The translations under genes were made by a program, and so were the position numbers. The notes under the pieces were generated by a model. It was not told the origin of the DNA. It did not search any database and saw only the letters and a program-made list of their open reading frames with translations. A DNA stretch of 50,288 nucleotides. Origin: Bacteroidales bacterium (lineage in GTDB: Bacteria > Bacteroidota > Bacteroidia > Bacteroidales > Cfx3-03). Shown piece after piece: positions 39,349 through 49,041 of this stretch. Location: NCBI GenBank assembly GCA_023251485.1, contig JAHEYR010000002.1, forward strand, positions 1-50,288, written 5' to 3'. How positions within the stretch are numbered: position 1 is the first letter of the stretch; every line of letters begins with the position of its first letter.

Positions 39349-39717
39349 TTAAAGCACTTCAGGTGCTAGTGAAACAATCTTCATAAATTGTTTTTCACGT
39401 AATTCACGGGCTACTGGCCCAAAGATACGTGTACCGCTCATTTCTCCGGCACTATTCAACAGAACGACTGCATTATCGTCGAAACGAATATACGAGCCAT
39501 CAGCTCTGCGAATTTCTTTTTTGGTTCTAACAACCACCGCCTTTGCAACAGAGCCTTTTTTAACGTTTCCTGAAGGAATAGCGTTTTTCACAGCAACGAT
39601 GATTCGATCACCGACTGAGGCATATTTCTTTTTTGTCCCGCCTAATACGCGTATGCAAAGAACTTCTTTTGCACCGCTATTATCAGCAACAGCTAAACGT
39701 GATTCTTGCTGTATCAT
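39349..39717 (-). CDS. rplN: 50S ribosomal protein L14
   Basis: [27 protein letters not shown]. Confidence 0.98.
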   Translation of the reverse strand: MIQQESRLAVADNSGAKEVLCIRVLGGTKKKYASVGDRIIVAVKNAIPSGNVKKGSVAKAVVVRTKKEIRRADGSYIRFDDNAVVLLNSAGEMSGTRIFGPVARELREKQFMKIVSLAPEVL

Positions 39718-39719
39718 AA

Positions 39720-39977
39720 TTACTTAACTCTTTCAGTGATTTCAACTAATCTCCAACATTTAGTTTTACTCAGAGGCCTGGTTTCGCTGATGCGAACAGT
39801 GTCTCCAATGTTGCAGTCATTCTTGTCATCGTGAGCAGCAAACTTGGAAGTTTTCTTTACGAATTTTCCATACTTTGGGTGTTTTACCCGGCGCTCAACT
39901 TGTACAATGATGGTTTTATCCATCTTATTGCTGACTACAACCCCTGTTTTCTCTTTCCTTAAATTTCTTTCTTCCAT
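39720..39977 (-). CDS. rpsQ: 30S ribosomal protein S17
   Basis: [27 protein letters not shown]. Confidence 0.96.
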   Translation of the reverse strand: MEERNLRKEKTGVVVSNKMDKTIIVQVERRVKHPKYGKFVKKTSKFAAHDDKNDCNIGDTVRISETRPLSKTKCWRLVEITERVK

Positions 39978-39987
39978 CGTTTAAAGA

Positions 39988-40203
39988 TTACTGGTTGTCA
40001 TTTTTTGCTGCTTGTACTTTTGTCCTGTTGCAAAGTTCAAAGGTCATACGTGCGATATCTCTACGTACAGCTTTAATCCTAGTAGGGTTGTCAAGTGGTG
40101 AAACAGCATGGTTTATTTTTAAACGAGCGAGCTGCTTCTTTTCCTCCTCCAGGCGTTCGCCGAGGTCCTTGGTTGAAAGCTCTCTAATAACTTGTGGTTT
40201 CAT
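39988..40203 (-). CDS. rpmC: 50S ribosomal protein L29
   Basis: 71 aa. IRELSTKDLGERLEEEKKQLARLK. Lies between rplP and rpsQ. Confidence 0.94.
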   Translation of the reverse strand: MKPQVIRELSTKDLGERLEEEKKQLARLKINHAVSPLDNPTRIKAVRRDIARMTFELCNRTKVQAAKNDNQ

Positions 40204-40211
40204 CCTTTTCC

Positions 40212-40640
40212 TTAAATTGTTTCTTCAACGTAATCTCTACGAACAATAAACTTAGTTTGAACTGGGAGCTTTTGAGCAGCAAGCCTTAAGGCTTCTTTTG
40301 CTATCTCCAAAGGAACTCCTTCAGCTTCAAAGAGAATTCTGCCTGGCGATATGCGGGCTACAAAGTACTCTGGAGCACCCTTACCCTTACCCATACGAAC
40401 TTCGGCAGGCTTTTTAGTTATCGGTTTGTCAGGGAAGATCTTGATCCAAACCTGACCTTCACGTTTCATGTAACGTGAAAGAGCCTGACGGGCAGCCTCG
40501 ATCTGACGACCAGTAAGAAGAGCTTCTTCCAAGGTTTTTAAGCCAAATGACCCGAAAGCCAATTCTGCCCCACGCTTGGTATTACCCTTCATTTTGCCCT
40601 TTTGCTGCTTCCTATATTTAGTTTTCTTAGGCTGTAACAT
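40212..40640 (-). CDS. rplP: 50S ribosomal protein L16
   Basis: [15 protein letters not shown]...[10 protein letters not shown]. Confidence 0.98.
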   Translation of the reverse strand: MLQPKKTKYRKQQKGKMKGNTKRGAELAFGSFGLKTLEEALLTGRQIEAARQALSRYMKREGQVWIKIFPDKPITKKPAEVRMGKGKGAPEYFVARISPGRILFEAEGVPLEIAKEALRLAAQKLPVQTKFIVRRDYVEETI

Positions 40641-40679
40641 TCTTGATCAGTATTAAAAGGTGTTACGATAACTTATCGT

Positions 40680-41447
40680 TTATCTTCTGTTGCGGTTGTT
40701 GCTATTGTTGTTATTACGATTACGACCACCGCTATTTGGCTTACCACCTCTTGGTGCTTGGCCTGAATTACTCTTGCTGTTTTTGTTGGCAGTATTTTCG
40801 GTACTTGGAACCAAGTCCACTTTACCATAAATTTCACCTTTACAAATCCAGACTTTTACACCTATGCGACCATAGGTAGTATGAGCTTCTCCCAAAGCAT
40901 AGTCAATGTCTGCACGAAGAGTATGCAAAGGTGTACGTCCTTCTTTATACTGTTCTCTACGAGCCATTTCAGCGCCTCCTAAACGACCACTTATCTGTAC
41001 CTTAATACCTTCGGCTCCGATTCGCATTGCAGAAGCAATACTGGTCTTAATAGCACGACGATAAGAGATACGTCCCTCGATCTGTTTAGCAATTGCAGCG
41101 GCTACGATAACAGCATCTATTTCTGGACGCTTAATCTCAGAAATATTGATCTGGATTTCTTTACCTGTAATCTTCTTTAATTCTTCCTTCAGCTTATCTA
41201 CTTCCTGGCCACCTTTTCCTATGATGATACCGGGACGAGCTGTATTAATAGTAACTGTTACCAGCTTCAGGGTGCGTTCGATGATAATTCTTGAAATACC
41301 TGCTTTTGCCAAACGGGCATTCAGATATTTACGAATTTTATCATCTTCTACAAGCTTCAAATCGAAGCCCTTACCGCCGAACCAATTAGAGTCCCATCCT
41401 CTGATGATCCCTAATCTGTTACCTATTGGATTTGCTTTTTGTCCCAT
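40680..41447 (-). CDS. rpsC: 30S ribosomal protein S3
   Basis: [25 protein letters not shown] domain. Asn/Arg-rich low-complexity C-terminal tail. Confidence 0.97.
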   Translation of the reverse strand: MGQKANPIGNRLGIIRGWDSNWFGGKGFDLKLVEDDKIRKYLNARLAKAGISRIIIERTLKLVTVTINTARPGIIIGKGGQEVDKLKEELKKITGKEIQINISEIKRPEIDAVIVAAAIAKQIEGRISYRRAIKTSIASAMRIGAEGIKVQISGRLGGAEMARREQYKEGRTPLHTLRADIDYALGEAHTTYGRIGVKVWICKGEIYGKVDLVPSTENTANKNSKSNSGQAPRGGKPNSGGRNRNNNNSNNRNRR

Positions 41448-41480
41448 TAAACAGTATGCGTTATAATGTTTAAAAACTGA

Positions 41481-41891
41481 TTACTCTTGATTAACTTTAA
41501 TTCTGCTATCGACAACAAGGGTCACGTGATTTGAACGTTTCCTGATTCGGTGTGCCCGTCCCTGAGGAGCAGTCGAGATGCGTTTCAGCATTCTACCACT
41601 ATCTACTTGAACTTCTTTCACGAATAGGTTGCTGTCTTCGTAACGAACACCTTCATTTTTTGCCTGCCAGTTATTAACAGCAGAAAGCAATAATTTATAA
41701 AGGCGACCACCTGCTTCTTTAGGTGTATGTTTGAGAATACCAAAAGCAGTAACCACATCTTTTCCGCTAATAAGCTGGGTTACCAGTCTCATTTTACGTG
41801 GAGAGGTGGGGCAGTTGTTCAGCTCGGCAAAGCTTACATTTTTCTTTGCCTCTTTTCTCTTTTCTGCGCTGATATGTTTTCTAGCTCCCAT
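41481..41891 (-). CDS. rplV: 50S ribosomal protein L22
   Basis: [17 protein letters not shown]...[17 protein letters not shown]. Confidence 0.96.
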   Translation of the reverse strand: MGARKHISAEKRKEAKKNVSFAELNNCPTSPRKMRLVTQLISGKDVVTAFGILKHTPKEAGGRLYKLLLSAVNNWQAKNEGVRYEDSNLFVKEVQVDSGRMLKRISTAPQGRAHRIRKRSNHVTLVVDSRIKVNQE

Positions 41892-41907
41892 TATTTCTTA
41901 GAGTTTC

Positions 41908-42186
41908 TTATTTTTTACCTTTATCCTTGCTTCCAGAATGACCTCTGAAGTTGCGTGTAGGCGCAAATTCACCAAGCTTATGACCTACCATATTCTCGGT
42001 AACATATACTGGAATGAACTTATTCCCGTTGTGAACGGCAATGGTCTGTCCCACAAAATCGGGAAGAATCATTGAAGCGCGTGACCAGGTCTTAATTACA
42101 ACCTTTTTCTTAGAATCAACCGCTTCAAGTACTTTTTTCTCGAGCTTATAGTGAACGAACGGACCTTTCTTAAGTGAACGACTCAT
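41908..42186 (-). CDS. rpsS: 30S ribosomal protein S19
   Basis: [11 protein letters not shown]...[16 protein letters not shown]. Confidence 0.98.
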   Translation of the reverse strand: MSRSLKKGPFVHYKLEKKVLEAVDSKKKVVIKTWSRASMILPDFVGQTIAVHNGNKFIPVYVTENMVGHKLGEFAPTRNFRGHSGSKDKGKK

Positions 42187-42208
42187 GTGTTTAAAGCTTT
42201 AATTCGAT

Positions 42209-43033
42209 TTACTTTTTCCTTCTTTCAATAATAAGACGGTTAGAGTCTTTTTTACGAGATCTGGTCTTATAGCCCTTTGCAGGCATACCTTTACGTGATC
42301 TCGGATGTCCACCCGAACTTCTACCTTCACCACCACCCATTGGGTGATCTACAGGGTTCATTACAACACCACGAACACGTGGACGACGACCGAGCCAACG
42401 AGAACGACCAGCTTTACCTGATATTTCAAGACTATGGTCTCCGTTTGAAACGATTCCGATAGTGGCTTTGCATGTCTGCAAAATCATACGGGTTTCTCCA
42501 GAAGGCATTCTTACGATTGCGTATTTACCGTCGCGCGACATAAGTTGCGCTGATGTACCGGCACTACGAACGATTTTGCCTCCTTGATCTGGTTTAAGCT
42601 CAAGATTGTGAATTAAGGTACCGAAAGGAATTTCACTCAGATAGAGAGTATTACCAATTTCGGGAGCCACGCCTTTTCCCGAGGAAACCTTCTGGCCTAC
42701 TTTCAGACCATTAGGAGCGATGATATAGCGTTTTTCACCATCAGCATAAACCAACAGAGCGATACGGGCAGTACGATTTGGATCGTATTCAATAGATTTA
42801 ACCGTTGCAGGAACTAATTCCTTATCACGTTTAAAGTCGATTACACGATACATCTGCTTATGACCACCACCAATATAGCGCATGGTCATCTTACCCTCAT
42901 TATTCCTACCACCCGACCTGCTTATAGGTTGAAGCAAGCTTTTTTCCGGAGTGGAGGCTGTAATTTCATCAAATCCGCTTATGATCTTAAAGCGTTGACT
43001 TGATGTTGTCGGTTTGAATTTCTTTAAAGCCAT
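42209..43033 (-). CDS. rplB: 50S ribosomal protein L2
   Basis: [15 protein letters not shown]...[16 protein letters not shown]. Confidence 0.98.
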   Translation of the reverse strand: MALKKFKPTTSSQRFKIISGFDEITASTPEKSLLQPISRSGGRNNEGKMTMRYIGGGHKQMYRVIDFKRDKELVPATVKSIEYDPNRTARIALLVYADGEKRYIIAPNGLKVGQKVSSGKGVAPEIGNTLYLSEIPFGTLIHNLELKPDQGGKIVRSAGTSAQLMSRDGKYAIVRMPSGETRMILQTCKATIGIVSNGDHSLEISGKAGRSRWLGRRPRVRGVVMNPVDHPMGGGEGRSSGGHPRSRKGMPAKGYKTRSRKKDSNRLIIERRKK

Positions 43034-43037
43034 TTAA

Positions 43038-43328
43038 TTAGATATTGCTATAAAAATCAATAGTTTCACCTTCTTTTAGCGTAACAATAGCTTTTTTACG
43101 AGCACTTGTTTGTCCGCTAATAAATCCGCTCTTTGTGTAGCGGGTTTTGGCCTTTCCTGGAGTAACCATGGTATTGACTCCCTGAACTTGTACGCCGTAC
43201 AACTCTTCTACGGCTTTTTTTATCTGCAACTTATTAGCTTTACGTTGCACAATAAAACCATAGCGATTCAGCTTTTCTCCCATGGCTGTCATCTTCTCAG
43301 TGATAACCGGTTTGATTACGATGCTCAT
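43038..43328 (-). CDS. rplW: 50S ribosomal protein L23
   Basis: 96 aa. VIKPVITEKMT...NKLQIKKAVEELYGV. Confidence 0.96.
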   Translation of the reverse strand: MSIVIKPVITEKMTAMGEKLNRYGFIVQRKANKLQIKKAVEELYGVQVQGVNTMVTPGKAKTRYTKSGFISGQTSARKKAIVTLKEGETIDFYSNI

Positions 43329-43362
43329 TTTTTATAACCGTTTTAGTCTGACAGTGAATGAT

Positions 43363-43992
43363 TTAATTACCAAAAGCTTTTTCAATTTCACTGATAGAGC
43401 TCTCAACAATTACCAAATTATTGGCATTCATAATGTCATAAGTATTTAAATTAGAAGCCTTTATAAGCCTAGTTTGGCTCAAATTTCGGGACGACAAATA
43501 TACGTTTTTATTTGTTTCGCTAATAACAAATATCGTTTTTTTATCGGCTAGATTCAAACTCTTTAGCAAATCAACAAATGCCTTTGTTCTTGGAGCTTCG
43601 AAATTGAAGTCTTCTAGCACAACGATGTTGTTACTTTGAGCTTTGGTTGAGAGTGCTGATTTACGTGCAAGCCTTTTCAATTTAATGTTCAGCTTAAAAC
43701 GATAATCACGGGGATGAGGGCCAAATACGCGGGCTCCTCCACGCAAAAGCGGAGATTTGATACTTCCTGCACGAGCACCACCAGTTCCTTTTTGCTTTTT
43801 CAGCTTACGGGTACTACCAGAAATTGTTGACTTCTCGAGAGAGTCATGTGTTCCCTGGCGTTGGTTTGCTAAATACTGCTTTACGTCCAAATAGATAGCA
43901 TGGTTGTTTGGAGTAACATTAAATACTTCATCATTTAATGTCACGGTTTTACCCGTATTTTCTCCTTTGATATTATATACTGTTAACTCCAT
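43363..43992 (-). CDS. rplD: 50S ribosomal protein L4
   Basis: [27 protein letters not shown]. Overlaps the rplC end by 10 nt. Confidence 0.97.
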   Translation of the reverse strand: MELTVYNIKGENTGKTVTLNDEVFNVTPNNHAIYLDVKQYLANQRQGTHDSLEKSTISGSTRKLKKQKGTGGARAGSIKSPLLRGGARVFGPHPRDYRFKLNIKLKRLARKSALSTKAQSNNIVVLEDFNFEAPRTKAFVDLLKSLNLADKKTIFVISETNKNVYLSSRNLSQTRLIKASNLNTYDIMNANNLVIVESSISEIEKAFGN

Positions 43993-44612
43993 CTTTCAAT
44001 AATTAAAAATGAACCACTGGGACCTGGAACAGAACCTTTAACTATGATCAGATTTTTCTCAGATACAACCTTTAATATTTGAAGGTTTGCAACTTTTACT
44101 CTCTTGCTGCCCATTTGGCCAGCCATACGTATACCTTTAAATACACGTGAAGGGTAAGAAGATGCTCCAAGAGAACCGGGGTGCCTCAATCTGTTATGCT
44201 GTCCGTGAGTCGCTCCGCCAACACCCTGAAAGTTATGACGAACTACAACACCCTGAAAACCTTTACCTTTTGAGATACCTACAACATCAACATATTCACC
44301 CTCCTGGAATAAATCTGATTGAAGTGTTGAACCTAGTACATGACCGTGGTCATCTTCAAAATTGGTAAATTCAGCTACATACTGTTTTGGTGTAGTATTT
44401 GCTTTTGCAAAGTGACCTTTTAAAGCAGCAGGAGTATTCTTCTCCTTCTTCTCGCCATAAGCCAATTGAATCGCCTCATATCCATCATTCTCGATGGTCT
44501 TGATTTGAGTTACTACACACGGACCAGCTTCGATTACAGTGCATGGCACATTTTTACCAGAGGCATCGAAAATACTGGTCATTCCTACTTTTTTTCCAAT
44601 AATTCCTGACAT
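43983..44612 (-). CDS. rplC: 50S ribosomal protein L3
   Basis: [16 protein letters not shown]...[13 protein letters not shown]. Confidence 0.97.
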   Translation of the reverse strand: MSGIIGKKVGMTSIFDASGKNVPCTVIEAGPCVVTQIKTIENDGYEAIQLAYGEKKEKNTPAALKGHFAKANTTPKQYVAEFTNFEDDHGHVLGSTLQSDLFQEGEYVDVVGISKGKGFQGVVVRHNFQGVGGATHGQHNRLRHPGSLGASSYPSRVFKGIRMAGQMGSKRVKVANLQILKVVSEKNLIIVKGSVPGPSGSFLIIERWS

Positions 44613-44672
44613 TTTCTTTTGCGATTTATGTCAATTAAAAATATTACGAGTTTGTTCTCTCTTTGTACCTAA

Positions 44673-44978
44673 TTATACTTTGATTTCCACTTCAACTCCA
44701 CTTGGAAGTTCAAGCTTCATTAAAGCATCAATGGTTTTAGACGTAGTGCTGTAAATGTCTAAAAGCCTTTTGTAAGTACAAAGTTGAAACTGCTCTCTTG
44801 ACTTTTTGTTAACGAAAGTTGATCTCAATACTGTGTAGATCTTCTTATCGGTGGGCAAAGGAATCGGCCCGTTCACGACAGCACCGGTCGACTTTACGGT
44901 TTTTACGATTTTTTCTGCTGACTTATCAACCAGATTAAAATCGTACGATTTTAGTTTGATTCTAATTCTCTGACTCAC
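44673..44978 (-). CDS. rpsJ: 30S ribosomal protein S10
   Basis: GTG start. [23 protein letters not shown]...GPIPLPT. Confidence 0.97.
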   Translation of the reverse strand: MSQRIRIKLKSYDFNLVDKSAEKIVKTVKSTGAVVNGPIPLPTDKKIYTVLRSTFVNKKSREQFQLCTYKRLLDIYSTTSKTIDALMKLELPSGVEVEIKV

Positions 44979-45006
44979 TGTTCTTTTATTTTAATAGTTG
45001 CTCAAA

Positions 45007-47100
45007 TTACAAACCCTTTACTTTCTTGATAACCTCTTCAGCTATATTGTTTGGAACATCTGCATAGTGTGAAAATTCCATACTTGATGAACCGCGTCCT
45101 GAAGTTATCGTACGCAATGTAGTAACATAACCAAACATTTCTGAAAGGGGAACTTTTGCCTTTATGATTTGTGTTTTAATTTTTGCTTCGATTCCTTCTA
45201 CAAGAGCACGACGTTTATTTAAATCGCCTGTTACTTCTCCTACATAATCATCTGGAACAAAAACTTCAACTTTCATGATAGGCTCCATAAGAACACATTT
45301 TGCCTTACGACCAGCTTCCTTAAATCCAATTTTGGCAGCCAATTCAAATGATAGTGCATCAGAGTCAACAGCATGGAATGAACCATCCTTCAGTACCACT
45401 CTTAAGCTTTCCAAAGAGAACCCTGCCAAAACACCGTTTGACATAGCCATTTCGAAACCTTTTTGTACCGATGGGATAAATTCTTTCGGAATGTTACCAC
45501 CTTTCACTTCATTAATAAATTGTAGACCCTTGAATCCTTCTTCAGCAGGACCCATTTCAAAAATGATATCAGCAAATTTACCTCTACCACCACTCTGCTT
45601 TTTGTAAACTTCGCGATGTTGTACAGTTGAATTTACTGCTTCTTTGTAAGCTACCTGAGGTGCCCCCTGGTTAACTTCTACTTTAAATTCTCTTCTTAAA
45701 CGGTCAACAATGATTTCAAGGTGTAATTCGCCCATACCTCTAACGATGGTTTGTCCACTGTCATGATCTGTATGTACCTTAAATGTTGGATCCTCTTCAG
45801 CAAGCTTAATAAGTGCGTTATCGAGTTTATCAACATCATCTTTTGTTTTTGGCTCAAGTGCAAGTGCAATTACCGGTTCTGGGAACGACATCGATTCTAA
45901 GATAATCGGGAACTTTTCATCACATAAAGTGTCTCCGGTTCTGATTGATTTAAAACCAACTGCTGCGCCTATATCACCAGCTTCAATTCTATCAAGCGGA
46001 TTTTGCTTGTTAGCATGCATTTGCATAATACGAGAGATACGCTCTTTTTTACCTGTTGTAGTATTCAGAACATATGATCCGGCATCCAGAGAACCTGAAT
46101 AAACACGGAAGAAAGCAATACGACCTACAAATGGGTCAGTTGCAATCTTAAATGCCAATGCGCAGAATTTACCTTTTGGATCAACGCTACGGAATTCTTC
46201 AAGTTCAGTTTCAGGATTGATACCTGTGATACCTTCAACATCATTTGGACTAGGTAGGAAAGCGGCAACAGCGTCTAATAACATCTGTACACCTTTATTC
46301 TTAAACGAAGCGCCACATAATACTGGGAAAATCTCCATCTTAACAGTTGCCTTACGAATAGCATCCATCATCTCATCTACAGTGATAGATTCTGGATCCA
46401 TCATGTATTTTTCGAGAAGATCTTCGCTTTGCTCAGCAACAGCTTCAATTAGTTTTCCGCGATACATTTCAACGTCTTCTGCCATATCGGCTGGAATCTC
46501 ACCTTCAGTTACGTTCATTCCTTTCGATGCTTCATCGAAATAGAACGCCTTCATTTTGATAAGATCGACGACACCCAGGAAATTTTCTTCAGCACCAATC
46601 GGTAAAGCCAAAGCAACCGGATTAGCACCTAATTTTTCTTTAATCTGGCCAAGAACATCATAGAAATCAGCTCCGGCACGATCCATTTTATTAATAAAAC
46701 AAATACGTGGAACTAAATATCTGTCTGCTTGTTTCCAAACAGTTTCGCTCTGTGGTTCAACACCACCAACAGCGCAAAATAAAGCGATTGAACCATCGAG
46801 AACACGTAAAGAACGTTCTACTTCAACAGTAAAGTCAACGTGACCCGGAGTGTCAATAATATTGTATTTGTATTTGTCGCCTTTGTAGCTCCAGAATACA
46901 GTTGTTGCAGCAGAAGTAATGGTTATACCTCTCTCTTGCTCCTGAACCATCCAGTCCATGGTGGCGGCTCCTTCGTGAACCTCGCCGATTTTATAATTAA
47001 TACCGGTATAATACAATATGCGCTCAGTCGTTGTGGTTTTCCCAGCATCGATATGAGCCATAATCCCGATATTCCTTGTAAAGTTCAGTTTTGCCGACAT
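45007..47100 (-). CDS. fusA: Elongation factor G
   Basis: 697 aa. [37 protein letters not shown]. Confidence 0.98.
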   Translation of the reverse strand: MSAKLNFTRNIGIMAHIDAGKTTTTERILYYTGINYKIGEVHEGAATMDWMVQEQERGITITSAATTVFWSYKGDKYKYNIIDTPGHVDFTVEVERSLRVLDGSIALFCAVGGVEPQSETVWKQADRYLVPRICFINKMDRAGADFYDVLGQIKEKLGANPVALALPIGAEENFLGVVDLIKMKAFYFDEASKGMNVTEGEIPADMAEDVEMYRGKLIEAVAEQSEDLLEKYMMDPESITVDEMMDAIRKATVKMEIFPVLCGASFKNKGVQMLLDAVAAFLPSPNDVEGITGINPETELEEFRSVDPKGKFCALAFKIATDPFVGRIAFFRVYSGSLDAGSYVLNTTTGKKERISRIMQMHANKQNPLDRIEAGDIGAAVGFKSIRTGDTLCDEKFPIILESMSFPEPVIALALEPKTKDDVDKLDNALIKLAEEDPTFKVHTDHDSGQTIVRGMGELHLEIIVDRLRREFKVEVNQGAPQVAYKEAVNSTVQHREVYKKQSGGRGKFADIIFEMGPAEEGFKGLQFINEVKGGNIPKEFIPSVQKGFEMAMSNGVLAGFSLESLRVVLKDGSFHAVDSDALSFELAAKIGFKEAGRKAKCVLMEPIMKVEVFVPDDYVGEVTGDLNKRRALVEGIEAKIKTQIIKAKVPLSEMFGYVTTLRTITSGRGSSSMEFSHYADVPNNIAEEVIKKVKGL

Positions 47101-47164
47101 TGATAATTGGTATTTTTTCTATTCCTTAAATTAAACAGGAATAATGATTTTAAATTTGCTTGTG

Positions 47165-47184
47165 CTATTTTATTGCTAAAATAG
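47165..47184 (-). ncRNA. GNRA-capped hairpin in the rpsG-fusA spacer
   Basis: Minus-strand RNA CUAUUUUA-GCAA-UAAAAUAG, 8-bp stem, 8 nt after the rpsG stop. Confidence 0.3.
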
Positions 47185-47192
47185 ATACTGTG

Positions 47193-47660
47193 TTAGAATC
47201 TGAAATGCGAGAAAGCCTTGTTAGCTTCTGCCATTCTGTGAGTATCTTCCTTCTTCTTGAATGCAGAACCTTCTTCTTTGTATGCAGCCATAATTTCAGA
47301 TGCCAGCTTTTGAGCCATTGTCTTTTCATTACGTCTACGTGCATAGTTGATTAGGTTCTTCATGCCAATCGACGCTTTACGTGATGGGCGAATTTCTGAA
47401 GGAATCTGGAAAGTTGCACCCCCAATACGACGGCTACGAACCTCAACACTAGGTGTTACATTGGTTAATGCTTTTTTCCATATTTCAACGCCATCTTCTT
47501 TCAGCTTTTCATTTATAATGTCAATTGCATCATAGAAGATGTCATAAGCTAAGTTTTTCTTACCGCCATACATCAAGTTGTTAACGAACTTTGTTACAAG
47601 TATATCGTTAAACCTTGGATCGGGGAGAATGATTCTTATTTTTGGTTTTGCTTTTCTCAT
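47193..47660 (-). CDS. rpsG: 30S ribosomal protein S7
   Basis: [24 protein letters not shown]...[10 protein letters not shown]. Confidence 0.97.
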   Translation of the reverse strand: MRKAKPKIRIILPDPRFNDILVTKFVNNLMYGGKKNLAYDIFYDAIDIINEKLKEDGVEIWKKALTNVTPSVEVRSRRIGGATFQIPSEIRPSRKASIGMKNLINYARRRNEKTMAQKLASEIMAAYKEEGSAFKKKEDTHRMAEANKAFSHFRF

Positions 47661-47689
47661 TTCGTTAAAGCTTAACTATTAACTTCTTA

Positions 47690-48070
47690 TTATTTCTTGG
47701 CTTTCGGACGCTTTGTACCGTATTTTGATCTTCTCTGGTTTCTACCATTAACCCCTGAAGTATCGAGTGCTCCACGGATAATATGGTAACGAACACCTGG
47801 TAAGTCTTTAACACGACCACCGCGGATCATTACGATTGAGTGCTCCTGAAGGTTGTGGCCTTCTCCCGGGATGTAGGCATTTACTTCCTTGCCATTGGTC
47901 AGCCTTACCCTTGCTACCTTACGCATTGCCGAGTTTGGCTTCTTTGGAGTGGTAGTGTATACGCGAGTACACACACCTCTTCGTTGCGGGCAGGAATCCA
48001 AAGCAGGAGACTTGCTCTTGTCTGTCAGCTTTTGACGTCCTTTACGAACCAATTGTTGAATTGTAGGCAT
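47690..48070 (-). CDS. rpsL: 30S ribosomal protein S12
   Basis: [12 protein letters not shown]...[17 protein letters not shown]...[13 protein letters not shown]. Confidence 0.98.
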   Translation of the reverse strand: MPTIQQLVRKGRQKLTDKSKSPALDSCPQRRGVCTRVYTTTPKKPNSAMRKVARVRLTNGKEVNAYIPGEGHNLQEHSIVMIRGGRVKDLPGVRYHIIRGALDTSGVNGRNQRRSKYGTKRPKAKK

Positions 48071-48126
48071 ATCTGATTTATTTTTTGATAAATTTTATTC
48101 GTAAACCCCTCTTTTTTTGGGGACTG

Positions 48127-48156
48127 CAAAATTACACATTAAACTGATACAACCAA
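48127..48156 (-). promoter_or_regulatory. str-operon promoter candidate P1: TTG-N19-TAATTTTG
   Basis: -7 box at 48134-48127 and TTG at 48156-48154. 56 nt lie between the box and the rpsL ATG. Confidence 0.55.
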
Positions 48157-48426
48157 GGCTTTCATGTTATTTTTTTACATTCAGACACTTAGCTTAACCT
48201 GTCAAAAAACAGAAGCTTTTTTAAGTCTTACAGAAAGGGGGAATTTTGAATCGGAGAGGCAATTTTCACTTCATATGATAACTATCGGTACACTTTATCA
48301 AAAACACTTTGCACCGGCAGAAACCTATAATTGTCCAACTTGGTCAGGTTTCCCACTTACTGTTACCGGATATTTCCGGTAACTAATCCAATTTTTCAAT
48401 CAGATAACTTCAGGGTTTTGAGGGTG

Positions 48427-48456
48427 CAAAATTAATACTATTTTTCACATTTACAA
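48427..48456 (-). promoter_or_regulatory. Second promoter candidate P2 with identical geometry: TTG-N19-TAATTTTG
   Basis: -7 box at 48434-48427 and TTG at 48456-48454, exactly 300 nt upstream of P1. Both boxes share TAATTTTGCA. Confidence 0.4.
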
Positions 48457-48733
48457 GCATGTTATTAAAATTTATTTTATTTTTTTCTCTGCTGCCAAAT
48501 TGTATATAAATCTAAAATATACGTTTCAGATACTTTTCTGATGCTTTAAAGATATTTCTCACTTCGTTTGGAATGGCGATACCAATTTTAGCCTCTATTG
48601 TTGGTGCTTCTAGCACTGCCATTTTTATTTGAGCACTCATTTTTTTGAGCATACTGCTTTTAAAATTTTGGACTAATTCTGATACGACTTAGGGATAACA
48701 GGTAAACTACCGGTAGATTATTAGTCGATAACT

Positions 48734-48911
48734 TGTCTATTTATCGCACCAGTGTCGCACGTGTTTCGGACCAGTTTCGCACGAGTCTCGCTCTATATAG
48801 CGAGACAGGTGCGAGACACGTGCGAGACGGATACACTTCATATACTCTTCATCCAGGGCTATTCTACCCTTCATCCTTAGGTCTTGCCTTTAGTGTATCA
48901 AGAGGATCTTC
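48734..48911 (+). repeat. Dispersed non-coding element, copy B (five left-arm and three right-arm 11-nt units)
   Basis: Matches nt 1-86 and 109-166 of copy A with one mismatch. Lacks the 22 nt present at 87-108 of copy A. The tail is diverged. Confidence 0.85.
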
Positions 48912-49010
48912 CCACGTGGAGATTCTTAAAACCGCTCGTTTGTGAATAACTTATCGCATAAATTCGTATATTCATCAGAGCTACTCATTTTTTGCAGATG
49001 AAATAAGTGG

Positions 49011-49018
49011 TAACTTTG
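49011..49018 (+). promoter_or_regulatory. Candidate -7 box TAACTTTG, with an upstream TTTG at 48991-48994
   Basis: TAnnTTTG match 24 nt upstream of the GTG at 49042. Confidence 0.45.
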
Positions 49019-49041
49019 CAACCGAAATCTAAAGGACTAAA

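Noticed and set aside
40680-40800. Asn/Arg-rich low-complexity tail of S3, the NQNQNQQ tail of L5 and the charged tail of L17, considered as possible insertions or repeats
   Set aside because: Basic or low-complexity C-terminal extensions of ribosomal proteins are common in Bacteroidota. The reading frames are intact and there is no DNA-level repeat beyond codon reiteration.
48164-48382. 72-aa plus-strand ORF in the rpsL upstream region
   Set aside because: Odd composition and no promoter box or plausible start context. It overlaps strong hairpins that are better explained as RNA structure on the opposite strand.
48512-48652. 46-aa minus-strand ORF (MLKKMSAQIKMAVLEAPTIEAKIGIAIPNEVRNIFKASEKYLKRIF) beside repeat copy B
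   Set aside because: It is below the ORF-track threshold and has no recognisable motif, no promoter box and no conservation evidence available. I cannot support it as a gene, though it might be a gene remnant.
48690-48707. TAGGGATAACAGG-TAAAC, a 13-nt exact match to the start of the I-SceI homing-endonuclease site (TAGGGATAACAGGGTAAT)
   Set aside because: One G is missing and the 3' end differs, so it is not a complete site. There is no LAGLIDADG ORF, no rRNA context and no vector-like sequence around it. I treat it as a coincidence, but it would be trivial to re-check against cloning-vector databases.
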